DNA from: SAR86 cluster bacterium
GTDB lineage: Bacteria > Pseudomonadota > Gammaproteobacteria > Magnimaribacterales > TMED112
Direction: 5' to 3'
Length of the DNA: 64,000 nucleotides
Assembly (NCBI GenBank): GCA_003331605.1
Contig: QOPD01000005.1
Span: 4,437-68,436 of the forward strand
Shown in pieces: positions 30,630 through 40,549 of this stretch. A model generated the notes under the pieces. It was not told the DNA's origin. It made no database searches and was given only the letters and a program-made list of their open reading frames with translations. Positions within the stretch are counted from its first letter, which is position 1, and every line of letters starts with the position of its first letter. The position numbers and the translations under genes were made by a program.

Positions 30630-31005
30630 TTGGCATAAATCAATTAAAGAACCAAATTTATCATTGTTGTATGAAGCCCTAGATGATGAGTTTTTATTTT
30701 ATTCACCAGTTGTCTTCAGACCCAAAGAAAAGTACATGGGGTTTATATATCTAATTGCTGCAAGTAGAACCTTTCTGACTGCAGATAATTTTACTTATTC
30801 TAGAGAGATTATTGGAGAAAATGATGCAATGCTTGAGTTTAGTTGTGAAATAAATGGGATCCAAATTAATGGTGTTGATACTTTTAAGTGGAATGAAGAA
30901 GGTAAGTTTATAGAAATGAAGGTACTGTTGCGCCCTCAAAAAAGCCTTGACCTTATTCAGCAAGAAATGGAAAAACATCTCCTGAATCCGGAAATCTGGC
31001 GTTAA
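30604..31005 (+). CDS. SnoaL/NTF2-like fold protein
   Basis: FYSPVVFRP, LEFSCEINGIQINGVD.FKWNEEGKF.EMKVLLRP. Confidence 0.85.
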   Translation: MQKINPIDNWHKSIKEPNLSLLYEALDDEFLFYSPVVFRPKEKYMGFIYLIAASRTFLTADNFTYSREIIGENDAMLEFSCEINGIQINGVDTFKWNEEGKFIEMKVLLRPQKSLDLIQQEMEKHLLNPEIWR

Positions 31006-31042
31006 TAATTTATTTTTACTTAAAATTATATAGAATAGCGTC

Positions 31043-31471
31043 ATGGCAAAAAAATACGTCAATTTTAGAGTAGGTGGAGTTCCTGAAAGGAAAGAAGACA
31101 GTTATACCGTTTGGACCAACGACCTTCTGACAAAACTTATAGCTAGCAAAACTGTTATTGAGCCAAATATGTCAACCTTTGGACATCGATTGCTGGAAAG
31201 TGAGGTAATCTTCGTTGTCATCTCCGGCAGAGGCATAATGGAAGTTGTTGAATATGCCAATACTCAAGATGGACATGGTTCTGATCCCTCACATGGCATT
31301 ATGCATAAAGATGAATACTCTTTATCAGCTGGTGATGTCATCCTCGCTGAAGAAGGCGATTATGTGAAAGTTGTCAATGAAAGTGATCACGACCAATTGG
31401 TGTATCTAAGAATTTTTGATAAACAGGGTTGGCGAGGCCGTTCCCCTGAATCAGACCAAGACCCGCAGTAA
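31043..31471 (+). CDS. cupin-fold protein with a degenerate metal site
   Basis: STFGHRLLESEVIFVVISGRG and AGDVILAEEG..VKVVN resemble cupin motifs 1 and 2. Confidence 0.7.
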   Translation: MAKKYVNFRVGGVPERKEDSYTVWTNDLLTKLIASKTVIEPNMSTFGHRLLESEVIFVVISGRGIMEVVEYANTQDGHGSDPSHGIMHKDEYSLSAGDVILAEEGDYVKVVNESDHDQLVYLRIFDKQGWRGRSPESDQDPQ

Positions 31472-31478
31472 AAATAAT

Positions 31479-32069
31479 ATGAAAATTAAAGTATGCGGGG
31501 TTACCCGAGAAAAAGATATTGAAGCGCTTATAAGTGCAAATATTGATTATATTGGCTTTAATTTTATTGAATCAAGTCCGCGAAAAGTTTCTGTTGATTG
31601 GGCCTTAGATATGTCTAGAAAATACAATTTACAAGATAAATTTACATGCTTGTTAGAAAATCCAGCAGCCGAAGAAATTACAAAGATTTTGGACACAAAT
31701 GAGCAATCAAATTTTCAACTGTATGGTAACTATGAAAAACCTGAAAAAAGTATGTGTTTTAAGCCACTTTCTGCAACAAATTTGCAACAAAATGATTTAT
31801 TTCAAATAAAACCTATTAGAAATACTATTTTCTTGCTTGATAATATGGCTGGCACCCTGGGAGGCAGCGGGAATAAATTTGATTGGTCAATCCTCGGCAA
31901 TGTAAACCTTTCAAATTTTATGATTGCTGGAGGAGTTGGAGTTGAAGATTTAGATTACCTATCAACACTTCAGATTTTTGGGGTTGATTTAAATTCAAAA
32001 ATTGAAATATCTCCAGGGATAAAAGATCTAAATCAGATAAAGCTGTTGGGAATGTTAAAATATGAATAA
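31479..32069 (+). CDS. trpF: phosphoribosylanthranilate isomerase
   Basis: [48 protein letters not shown]. Confidence 0.93.
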   Translation: MKIKVCGVTREKDIEALISANIDYIGFNFIESSPRKVSVDWALDMSRKYNLQDKFTCLLENPAAEEITKILDTNEQSNFQLYGNYEKPEKSMCFKPLSATNLQQNDLFQIKPIRNTIFLLDNMAGTLGGSGNKFDWSILGNVNLSNFMIAGGVGVEDLDYLSTLQIFGVDLNSKIEISPGIKDLNQIKLLGMLKYE

Positions 32070-33228
32070 AGGGTATTTTGGAAATTTTGGCGGGTTGTTC
32101 ATACCTGAAACTCTTTCTTATGCATTAAGAGAGCTGGATGAGCTTTATAACTCCACTAAAGATGATGTTGTTTTTAGAACTGAGCTAGAAGAACTATATA
32201 AAAATTATGTTGGACGACCATCTCCATTATATTTTGCAGAAAAATATACTACTAATATTGGAGGCCCTAATATATGGTTCAAGCGAGAGGATCTTAATCA
32301 TACTGGTGCTCATAAAATCAATAATACTGTCGGACAGGCTTTGTTAGCCAAAAGACTTGGAAAAAAACGAATTATTGCTGAAACCGGGGCAGGCCAACAT
32401 GGTGTTGCAACCGCTACAATCTGTGCCAAACTCGATTTAGATTGCACTATATATATGGGCCAAACCGATATCGTTCGACAGGAGCTTAATGTTTTTAAAA
32501 TTAAAACTCTTGGCGCAGAAGTAATACCTGTTACCAGTGGAACATCAACTCTTAAAGATGCCTTAAATGAATCAATAAGAGACTGGGTTACAAATGTAGA
32601 CAATACACACTACATTATTGGTAGTGTAACTGGCCCACACCCTTATCCAACTGTAGTGAGAGATTTTAATGCAATTGCTGGTCAGGAATTAAAACATCAA
32701 GCAAAAAATCAAATAGGAAAATTGCCGGATATGATTATTGCCTGTGTTGGTGGTGGTTCTAATGCAATGGGTGTCTTTTATCCTTTTATAGACGATGTAG
32801 ATGTTCAATTAATAGGAATTGAAGCAGGTGGAAAAAATAGTTCTGATATAGGTAGTGCATCGATATCAGACGGCAGCATAGGTGTGCTACATGGAGCTAA
32901 AACAAAGATACTACAATCCGAGGATGGAAATATTATGGAAACAAGCAGCATATCAGCAGGCCTAGATTATCCTGGAGTAGGTCCTGAGCATGCTTATTTA
33001 GATGAAATCAAAAGGGCTGAATATAAAAAAATATACGATGAAGAGGCCCTATCTGCTTTTTATAAAGCCTCAAGGCTGGAAGGAATTATACCTGCATTAG
33101 AAACAGCCCATGCTCTTGCTTATTTAGAAAAATTAGGAAGCCTTGATTCATCCAATGATGTGGTGGTAAACATGTCTGGCAGAGGAGATAAAGATCTCTA
33201 TTCGGTAATGAATAATGATAAAAAATAA
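32062..33228 (+). CDS. trpB: tryptophan synthase beta chain
   Basis: [56 protein letters not shown]. Confidence 0.99.
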   Translation: MNKGYFGNFGGLFIPETLSYALRELDELYNSTKDDVVFRTELEELYKNYVGRPSPLYFAEKYTTNIGGPNIWFKREDLNHTGAHKINNTVGQALLAKRLGKKRIIAETGAGQHGVATATICAKLDLDCTIYMGQTDIVRQELNVFKIKTLGAEVIPVTSGTSTLKDALNESIRDWVTNVDNTHYIIGSVTGPHPYPTVVRDFNAIAGQELKHQAKNQIGKLPDMIIACVGGGSNAMGVFYPFIDDVDVQLIGIEAGGKNSSDIGSASISDGSIGVLHGAKTKILQSEDGNIMETSSISAGLDYPGVGPEHAYLDEIKRAEYKKIYDEEALSAFYKASRLEGIIPALETAHALAYLEKLGSLDSSNDVVVNMSGRGDKDLYSVMNNDKK

Positions 33229-33994
33229 GTTCTTAAATTTAGCGGCCAATCAAAAAAAGGCATTTATACCTTATGTGGTTGCTAATTACCCAAACCAAGA
33301 TGTTTTTACTGAAACTTTGTATACCTTAAAAGATTTAGGAGCAGATTTAATTGAAGTTGGTATCCCATTTTCTGATCCAATTGCTGAAGGCAAGATTATT
33401 GAATCCGCTCATCATGAAGTTCTTAATAATAATTTTAATTTAGTAAGCGCATTGGATGTTATTAAAAATTTTAAATCCAATTCTGATATACCTATTGTTT
33501 TAATGGGATATACCAATTCATTTATTTCACCAAGCCTTGAAGTATTTATAGAGCGAGCAAAAGACTCACTTATTGATGGATTTTTAATTGTAGATTTACC
33601 TTATGTAGAAAAAGATATCTACAAAACATTTCATGATAATGAAATTGAATTTATTCAACTTATAGCTCCAACTACTCCATTAAATGAAATTAAATCATGC
33701 ATATCAAACAATCCTGCGTTTATATATTTCATCTCTCAAAGAGGAGTCACTGGATCATCAAATATCAATAAAAATGAGGTGTTAGACAATATTCAAGCCA
33801 TCAGAAATAAAACTAATTTACCGGTTGTCTTAGGCTTTGGATTAAAAGATCCATCACAAATAAATGAATTTAAATCACACGCTGATGGATTTGTAATTGG
33901 CAGTGCCGTTGTTGAATTATTAAACCAAGATAATCCTCAAGTAAAATTACGCAAATTCCTGACACCCATCCTTACAGCAATTAAAAATGAATAA
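33215..33994 (+). CDS. trpA: tryptophan synthase alpha chain
   Basis: [38 protein letters not shown]. Confidence 0.97.
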   Translation: MIKNKFLNLAANQKKAFIPYVVANYPNQDVFTETLYTLKDLGADLIEVGIPFSDPIAEGKIIESAHHEVLNNNFNLVSALDVIKNFKSNSDIPIVLMGYTNSFISPSLEVFIERAKDSLIDGFLIVDLPYVEKDIYKTFHDNEIEFIQLIAPTTPLNEIKSCISNNPAFIYFISQRGVTGSSNINKNEVLDNIQAIRNKTNLPVVLGFGLKDPSQINEFKSHADGFVIGSAVVELLNQDNPQVKLRKFLTPILTAIKNE

Positions 33995-35429
33995 AGAAGA
34001 TTTTTTAAGATACAAGAATTCATCTTATTCACATATACCTGTTTATGAAGAATTTACAGCAGATTTAGTTAGTCCGCTTTACGTTTATTCAAACTTTTAC
34101 AATCAAGAAAATACTTTTTTATTTGAATCAGCAAAGTCTCATGAAGTAAAAGGCCGTTACTCAATAATGAGTCTTCCATCTCAAAAAAAATATAATTACT
34201 TTAAAGATAAGTTAGAGATAGTTAATGATTCACAAACTACAAAACAAAGAATTATTAATGCTTTTGATCATATAGATAAAATTAGTCAATCTTTTTCATC
34301 GCCAAAAATAAATAATCTCCCTGCATTTCTTGGAGGTTTGGTTGGTTACTTTAGTTATGAATCATTCCAATTTATAGAGCAAAAAGTTACTTTTCCAGAT
34401 CAAGACATCCCTTTAATATCTCTAATAGAATGCAATGAATTAATTATTTTTGATAACTTCAAAGGTACATTTTATATTGTCGTAAATACCACCGATAAGT
34501 CAGAAATAGGCTGGGAGAAAGCAAAGAAAAGAATTTCCGAAATTAAGCAAGCAGTTTTTTCTCTTCAACCCTCTGTTAATCAAAGCATTTCAATAGATAA
34601 TAAATCCCTAAAATCTTCTTCTAATGTCGATAAAAAAACCTTTATAAATCAAGTTAAAGATCTAAAAAAACTTATTAACCAGGGGGAAATAATGCAAGCA
34701 GTATTATCTAAGGAGATTACCTTTGATGGTGAATTTGATCCCTACACCCTTTATCGTGCTCTTCGATTAATTAATCCATCGCCTTACATGTTTTTCTTAA
34801 ACTTTAATAAATTCAGGATTATTGGTTCTTCACCAGAAATACTGGTTCAAAAAAATGATGACAAAGTAACAATAAGGCCTATTGCAGGTACACGTAGACG
34901 AGGTCTTAATAAATCTGAGGACCTAAAAAATAAAATTGATCTTATAGAGGATGAAAAAGAAAAATCTGAACATATGATGCTAGTTGATTTAGCTAGGAAT
35001 GATCTTTCGAAAGTATGTGAACAAGGTACTGTTCAAGTAGACGAGATGATGGTGGTTGAGAAGTACTCCCATGTTATGCATATGACATCGAATGTAATTG
35101 GAAGATCAAAAACAGATGTTTCCATTATAGATTGTATGAAAGCAGCCTTACCTGCAGGCACTTTAAGTGGAGCTCCAAAAATCCGAGCTATGGAAATTCT
35201 TAGTGAAATTGAAAAACGCCCAAGAGGTGTATATGGAGGTGCAGTAGGGTATCTGGGTTTTAATGGTTCACTGGATACAGCTATTGTTATTCGTACTGGT
35301 ATGCATTTTGATGATCATATAAAAGTAGGTGTTGGAGCAGGAATTGTTTACGATTCAGATCCCGAATCAGAGTGGGAGGAAACCGAATCAAAAGCAAAGG
35401 TATTTTATGAGGCGCTGAGATATAAATGA
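33987..35429 (+). CDS. trpE: anthranilate synthase component I
   Basis: LFESA..GRYSI, NPSPYMF, GSSPE, RPIAGTR, EHMMLVDLARND, PAGTLSGAPK. Confidence 0.96.
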   Translation: MNKEDFLRYKNSSYSHIPVYEEFTADLVSPLYVYSNFYNQENTFLFESAKSHEVKGRYSIMSLPSQKKYNYFKDKLEIVNDSQTTKQRIINAFDHIDKISQSFSSPKINNLPAFLGGLVGYFSYESFQFIEQKVTFPDQDIPLISLIECNELIIFDNFKGTFYIVVNTTDKSEIGWEKAKKRISEIKQAVFSLQPSVNQSISIDNKSLKSSSNVDKKTFINQVKDLKKLINQGEIMQAVLSKEITFDGEFDPYTLYRALRLINPSPYMFFLNFNKFRIIGSSPEILVQKNDDKVTIRPIAGTRRRGLNKSEDLKNKIDLIEDEKEKSEHMMLVDLARNDLSKVCEQGTVQVDEMMVVEKYSHVMHMTSNVIGRSKTDVSIIDCMKAALPAGTLSGAPKIRAMEILSEIEKRPRGVYGGAVGYLGFNGSLDTAIVIRTGMHFDDHIKVGVGAGIVYDSDPESEWEETESKAKVFYEALRYK

Positions 35430-36007
35430 AAATCTGTTTGATTGATAATTACGATTCATTTACTTTTAACGTTCAACATCAGCTATTAATGCTTGATCAC
35501 GAAGTAGATGTGATACGTAACGATAAGATCTCCATTGATGAGATATCTCAACTGGATTACGATGCTTTTGTTATTGGTCCTGGCCCATCAAACCCTAAAA
35601 ATGCTGGAATAAGTTTAGAGCTAATAAATTATTTTTATAATAAGAAACCTATTTTGGGTATTTGTTTAGGGCACCAATGCATTGGTGAGGTGTTCGGCGG
35701 AAACATTGTCATTGCGAATAAAATAATGCATGGCAAGACCTCAAATCTAAGCCACACAAAATCTTCAATTTTTCAAAATATAAAAGAGCCATACATTGCA
35801 ATGAGATATCACAGCTTGGTTATCTCTGAAGAATCAGTATCAGATGAGCTAGAGGTTTTAGCCTGGTGTGAGGATGATAATCACAAAACGATAATGGCAG
35901 TTAAGCATAAAACTTATCCAGTTGTGGGAATACAGTTTCATCCTGAATCAATATTTACTGAACAAGGCAACAAGTTACTAGATAACTTTTTCACTTTATA
36001 TGGATAA
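35426..36007 (+). CDS. trpG: anthranilate synthase component II (glutamine amidotransferase)
   Basis: IDNYDSFT, GPGP, GICLGHQ, RYHSL, QFHPES. Confidence 0.95.
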   Translation: MKICLIDNYDSFTFNVQHQLLMLDHEVDVIRNDKISIDEISQLDYDAFVIGPGPSNPKNAGISLELINYFYNKKPILGICLGHQCIGEVFGGNIVIANKIMHGKTSNLSHTKSSIFQNIKEPYIAMRYHSLVISEESVSDELEVLAWCEDDNHKTIMAVKHKTYPVVGIQFHPESIFTEQGNKLLDNFFTLYG

Positions 36008-37004
36008 TCTATTAGCAATACTAAACAAACCTGCATCGCGAAGAGCGGAACTAGAGTTTTTATTCAGTCATTTGCTTAGTGAAGATTCATCTGATGAAGA
36101 AAAAAAAGAAATTTTATTAAGTTTAAACGAGGTTGGCATTAACTATTATCATCTTTCCGCATTATCAAATGAGATTCTTAAACACTCAAACTTAATTGAC
36201 TTAGGGCATAACGATTTTATCGATACGTGTGGTACAGGTGGTTCTGGTCAGTCTATTTTTAACTGTTCGACCCTTTCTGCATTTACTGTTGCTTCATGTG
36301 GCGGGAAAGTAATCAAACATGGCAATAGATCAATAACAAGCAAATCTGGTAGCGCTGATTTCCTAGAAAGGGCGGGCGTAAATTTAAATGTTGGTAACAG
36401 TCAGCTTATCGGCCTATTTCAAAAATTAGGCATTTGCTTTTTATTTGCTCCAAATCAACATCCAAAATTAAAAAATGTTGCTAGAGTTCGTAAAGAACTA
36501 GGTGTAAGAACAATATTCAATATCTTGGGACCACTTGTTAACCCTGCCAAACCACAATTCCAATTGCTGGGAACATCCGATTCCTCTAGTAACATAAATA
36601 TGGCAAATGCTTTGTTAAACAATGGAATACAAAGAGCTATAGTTGCAACCTCTAGTTCAGGAATTGATGAAATAGCTATACATGAACCGACTTCAATAAC
36701 AGAAATAAGAAATAATGAAATCTTAGAATGGCAGTTTAATCCTAAAGATTACGGCTTTGTAGACTGCTCACTACCAGATATCCAGGTACAATCACTTGAA
36801 GAAGCTTACCTATTTGGGGTAGAGGTGCTAAATGGAAAAAGAGGACCAGGACTCGATATGGTATCTCTAAATGCAGGTTTCTGTTTGTATTTATTAGGAT
36901 TATGTGACGATCTAATCGAATGTTTTGAAATAGCAAAAAAACAATTAATATCTGGCAAAGTCCTTCTTAACTTAAATGTCTACGCTAAAGCAACTCAAGA
37001 ATGA
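36000..37004 (+). CDS. trpD: anthranilate phosphoribosyltransferase
   Basis: DTCGTGG, FNCST, KHGNRSITSKSGSAD, RTIFNILGPLVNP, G.DE. Confidence 0.97.
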   Translation: MDNLLAILNKPASRRAELEFLFSHLLSEDSSDEEKKEILLSLNEVGINYYHLSALSNEILKHSNLIDLGHNDFIDTCGTGGSGQSIFNCSTLSAFTVASCGGKVIKHGNRSITSKSGSADFLERAGVNLNVGNSQLIGLFQKLGICFLFAPNQHPKLKNVARVRKELGVRTIFNILGPLVNPAKPQFQLLGTSDSSSNINMANALLNNGIQRAIVATSSSGIDEIAIHEPTSITEIRNNEILEWQFNPKDYGFVDCSLPDIQVQSLEEAYLFGVEVLNGKRGPGLDMVSLNAGFCLYLLGLCDDLIECFEIAKKQLISGKVLLNLNVYAKATQE

Positions 37005-37759
37005 ATCAACTTGATACCATATTTCAATCAAAAAGAGCCCAAGTAGCTGAAGGTAAGAAAACCCAATCCATAGATTTCTTTATTGAAAATTTTAACCAGA
37101 AGCGTAACTCTGGAAATTTTTTTAATACCTTGGATAGCAATAGAAACAATTTTAAAATTATTGCTGAAACTAAAAAAGGGTCGCCATCAGCAGGTATTAT
37201 TAAAGAGCAATATGATCCTCTTTCAATAGCAAAATCCTACGAAGAGAAGGGCTATAAAAATATTTCTGTCTTAACAGAATCTGGATATTTTTATGGGATA
37301 AATTCAGATCTCACAATGATTGCCCTAAATACCAGCTTAAAAGTGTTAAGAAAAGACTTTATTTTTGATGAGTGGCAAATATACGAATCAAAATACATTG
37401 GAGCTGATTGTATTTTACTTATCGCAGAATACTTATCGGAAGCTCAAATTTCAGCATTTATAAAGCTTGCTAAGTCACTTGATCTAGACGTTTTACTTGA
37501 ATTTCACGAAGAACAGCAATTGAGCAAGGTGCTTAACCAAGAACTAGACCATGTAGGCATCAACAACCGTAATCTTAAAAACCTTCAAACAGATAATATG
37601 CATGCTCTTAGGGTATTTAAAAAATATAGAGATGACTTTCAAAGATTTTCTATAATCGCTGAATCGGGCTTATCTATCTCTAAAGATTTGGAAATTTACC
37701 AAAATGAGGGTATAAATAAATTTCTCATTGGAGAAGGAATATTAAAAAGTTTGCTCTAA
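37001..37759 (+). CDS. trpC: indole-3-glycerol-phosphate synthase
   Basis: IIAETKKGSPSAG, SVLTE, LRKDF, GADCILLI, GINNRNL, IAESG. Confidence 0.96.
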   Translation: MNQLDTIFQSKRAQVAEGKKTQSIDFFIENFNQKRNSGNFFNTLDSNRNNFKIIAETKKGSPSAGIIKEQYDPLSIAKSYEEKGYKNISVLTESGYFYGINSDLTMIALNTSLKVLRKDFIFDEWQIYESKYIGADCILLIAEYLSEAQISAFIKLAKSLDLDVLLEFHEEQQLSKVLNQELDHVGINNRNLKNLQTDNMHALRVFKKYRDDFQRFSIIAESGLSISKDLEIYQNEGINKFLIGEGILKSLL

Positions 37760-37779
37760 TTTATCTCATATCACAGTTC

Positions 37780-38127
37780 TTGCTAACTGAACCTGAGCTC
37801 TATTTTATCGAGCCGCAAGATAAAGCAATTATCTCAGGTCCTGTAAAAGTTGTTTTTGGATTAAAAGATTTTGGCGTTGCTCCTGCTGGATACAATATTA
37901 ATAACACCGGCCATCATCACTTGTTGATCAATGTTGATTTTCCTATTGATTTCACTAAACCAATCCCTGCTGATAGCAATCATATTCATTTTGGCAAAGG
38001 ACAAACTGAAACTATATTGGATCTACCTAAAGGGGAATACAGATTGAGGTTGCTACTTGGAAACTATGTACATATTCCACATAGCAACCCAATTTATTCG
38101 GAAGAGATACTAATAACCGTTAATTAA
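37780..38127 (+). CDS. DUF4399-like protein (may start at ATT 37741)
   Basis: GVAPAG...TGHHHLLIN...HIHFGKGQTE...LPKGEYRLRLLLGNYVH.PH. Confidence 0.8.
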   Translation: MLTEPELYFIEPQDKAIISGPVKVVFGLKDFGVAPAGYNINNTGHHHLLINVDFPIDFTKPIPADSNHIHFGKGQTETILDLPKGEYRLRLLLGNYVHIPHSNPIYSEEILITVN

Positions 38128-39245
38128 TCAATTATATTGATTACTCCATCACCAGCCATTCCAGCATGTAAAGTACAAAAATAGTACATTGTATCAACGT
38201 CTAAATTTGTTGGAACAACCCATGTCAGAGTATTTTGGTCGCCACTAACTCCTTCAGTGTAAGTAGTTCCACCACCAAATGTTCCATCTTTAGTTTTACT
38301 AAGTCGGAATGGATGACTATTACCAAATGCTGAAGTATCAAATACAACGGTTTGACCACGACGAACTGTAATACTGCCATGTATTTCACCATTCATGTAG
38401 TAAGTGTTGCCTTGATTGGTTACGGTGACCTCTGCAGTTTCTGAATAAGTTTCAACTTTGACATTGTCGTAATGTACGCCAGTTGGAGCGTAATTGCCTG
38501 CTGTATTCGTGAATCCGGATTGATAAATATGACCAATCATTGCTTCTGTGATTTCAAAATCTAAAGTCAAAGTTTGCCACTCTGTGGTTAGTTCTGTTGT
38601 ATCAGTCTCTACAAAAAGTAATTCACTAAAATCACTTGAATTTAAAACTTTTATAAAAGCACTACATTCAGCTCCACTTGCTCCATTGTCAGGGTTAGTT
38701 GAGCCGCAATTATTGGATTCAGGGTGTTTGGCATCAAAGGTCATTCTGTAAGTCCCTACCATAGAAGCTGTAATCAAACCTTCATCAGCTCCAAGTTCTC
38801 TAAAGAAATTTGCTTCAACAATTCCTCCGTTGTGTGTGCCATCTTGATAATTGCTGTAGATATTGACGTATTTATTCACTTCCTCTTCGACTAGTGCACT
38901 AATATCACCTGCTATTGGAGCTGGTGCTGCAGCATATCCACCAATGTATGAACCATCAGAATTAAACTGATTAACATAGGCATCCCATGGTGCTAAGTTA
39001 GCATCATCAGATGAATAAGCTTCAAAATCATCAGAGTATGTAACATTGGTTACTGGTTCTGGTGTTGGTGCTGGCGTTGGCTCAGGAGTAGGCTCAGGAG
39101 TAGGCTCAGGAGTTGGTGCTGGCGTTGGTGCTGGTGTAGGAGCAGGCGTCGGAGTTGGGGTATAAGGATCAGAGTCACCGCCACCGCCACCGCCACAAGC
39201 AGTTAGTAAAACGAGAGTCAAACCTGTAAATAGTTTTTTAAACAT
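38124..39245 (-). CDS. lipoprotein with Pro/Thr linker, beta-sandwich (CBM-like) domain and C-terminal cupredoxin-like domain
   Basis: Lipobox LTAC plus poly-Gly; 36-aa PT tract; W/Y-rich beta domain (EWQTLTLDF, HYDNVKV); SHPF...YYFCTLHAGM. Confidence 0.75.
   Translation of the reverse strand: MFKKLFTGLTLVLLTACGGGGGGDSDPYTPTPTPAPTPAPTPAPTPEPTPEPTPEPTPAPTPEPVTNVTYSDDFEAYSSDDANLAPWDAYVNQFNSDGSYIGGYAAAPAPIAGDISALVEEEVNKYVNIYSNYQDGTHNGGIVEANFFRELGADEGLITASMVGTYRMTFDAKHPESNNCGSTNPDNGASGAECSAFIKVLNSSDFSELLFVETDTTELTTEWQTLTLDFEITEAMIGHIYQSGFTNTAGNYAPTGVHYDNVKVETYSETAEVTVTNQGNTYYMNGEIHGSITVRRGQTVVFDTSAFGNSHPFRLSKTKDGTFGGGTTYTEGVSGDQNTLTWVVPTNLDVDTMYYFCTLHAGMAGDGVINIID
39054..39161 (-). repeat. coding tandem repeat (TP-AP/TP-EP), degenerate 12-bp units
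   Basis: 18 X-Pro dipeptides; GGCTCAGGAGTA repeated at 39079-39113. Confidence 0.95.
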
Positions 39246-39289
39246 AATAGAGACTAACTAAAGGCATATAAAAATATTTCAACTGTTAA

Positions 39290-40447
39290 TTATCGTTTAG
39301 ATTTTTTGGTTTCGTCTCTATGCTTTTTAAGATATTTCATAAAGGGCGTTCCACCAGTGCCTCTAACTGTAGAACCTCCAGTACCAAATAGTGTGTTTTT
39401 AACATTTTGTTGATGAATGTAATCTGCAGCATATTGCAAATGCTGAGTTCGAAAGCTTGCCATCTCTTCAAGACATTCATTAATTAGAGAATTAATTTTG
39501 CTACTTGTAAGTGCAGCATCCACAACTTTAGATTCTTCTTCTACTGTTCGGATGAAATTTCTATGATTGTTTGGCATGTATATTTTCATTTCATCAAGAT
39601 AATCTCGTAATTCGTCTTTTTCATGACGAACATTAAACAATGCATCAAGGGATGGAATAATGGAGCTCTGTGCACCAGTTTCACCTCTAAATAATTGTGG
39701 TTTATCTTGAAAGAAACCATCATAAATTAGACCTTCAGGTAAATCTGGATTATTTTTCCATCCAAATATGTATGGTCTTACTCTGTGATAGTAGATATAT
39801 GGATCGCATTTCTCAGGCATTAATCTAAAGATTTCATTAACCTTTACCATAGATTTTTTTATCTTTTGTAACTCTTCTGCCAATAAGGTTTCATCGTTCC
39901 ACAGTTCATCATCTACAATTTTAGCTACACTTGATATTGCTGGACTTGCAGCATCTTCAATGCAAACATGGATTGTCACAAACCAGTCTTCATCGATACC
40001 ACCTAAAAAATTATTGATTAGAGCTACATTATCTAAGGAAATATCTTCAGATTCATTTATTTTGTTCCAATTGTGTAAGCAATAGGAGGCATAACTCAGA
40101 ATAGGAGGGCGCTTAAACTTTTCTGAGAGCTTAACCCAAGGTGTACTAATGTTGTGTGGTAAATTTTGGACAGGCTTTAGATCACCCCATACATATGCAT
40201 GAGCTATAAATGAGAGTTGCGCAAATAGTAATTCTTGCTCCCCTAGAGAGTGATCATCTAAATGTAGATCTAGGGTTTTTATTTTGTCTATAGTGGGTCG
40301 TATTTGATTGGTAAGAAGGAGTTTTGGAAGCTCTGCTGCCACATTGCTAATTATATCTGTACTAGTAGTTTTATTTTGAACAACTCTTAAAGGAGTTGCT
40401 TCGGGAAGAAATCCTCGTTTTGTTATATATTTTTTTAGCTTGACCAT
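39290..40447 (-). CDS. indoleamine 2,3-dioxygenase-family heme protein
   Basis: FIAHAYVWG, PPILSYASYCLHNW, GETGAQSS, FRTQHLQYAADYI (proximal His), GTGGTPFMKYLK; all correspond to IDO1 motifs. Confidence 0.9.
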   Translation of the reverse strand: MVKLKKYITKRGFLPEATPLRVVQNKTTSTDIISNVAAELPKLLLTNQIRPTIDKIKTLDLHLDDHSLGEQELLFAQLSFIAHAYVWGDLKPVQNLPHNISTPWVKLSEKFKRPPILSYASYCLHNWNKINESEDISLDNVALINNFLGGIDEDWFVTIHVCIEDAASPAISSVAKIVDDELWNDETLLAEELQKIKKSMVKVNEIFRLMPEKCDPYIYYHRVRPYIFGWKNNPDLPEGLIYDGFFQDKPQLFRGETGAQSSIIPSLDALFNVRHEKDELRDYLDEMKIYMPNNHRNFIRTVEEESKVVDAALTSSKINSLINECLEEMASFRTQHLQYAADYIHQQNVKNTLFGTGGSTVRGTGGTPFMKYLKKHRDETKKSKR

Positions 40448-40487
40448 TATTTATTTTAAATTATTTATTCTTTTTTTGCTTCTGTTA

Positions 40488-40539
40488 TTGCAAATGAGAA
40501 TCATTCTCAATAATATACTAAATGAGAATCATTCTCATT
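40488..40539 (+). promoter_or_regulatory. sigma70 promoter with two tandem Fur boxes
   Basis: TTGCAA (40488), 17 nt, TAATAT (40511); boxes AATGAGAATCATTCTCAAT (40493-40511) and AATGAGAATCATTCTCATT (40521-40539). Confidence 0.88.
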
Positions 40540-40549
40540 TAAAAATCAG

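Noticed and set aside
31005-31478. trpL-type attenuator or TrpR operator
   Set aside because: No tandem-Trp leader ORF, terminator hairpin or CTAG palindrome seen.
39054-39161. Tandem repeat as a CRISPR or contingency locus
   Set aside because: In-frame degenerate 12-bp units encoding a Pro/Thr linker; no spacers and no cas genes.
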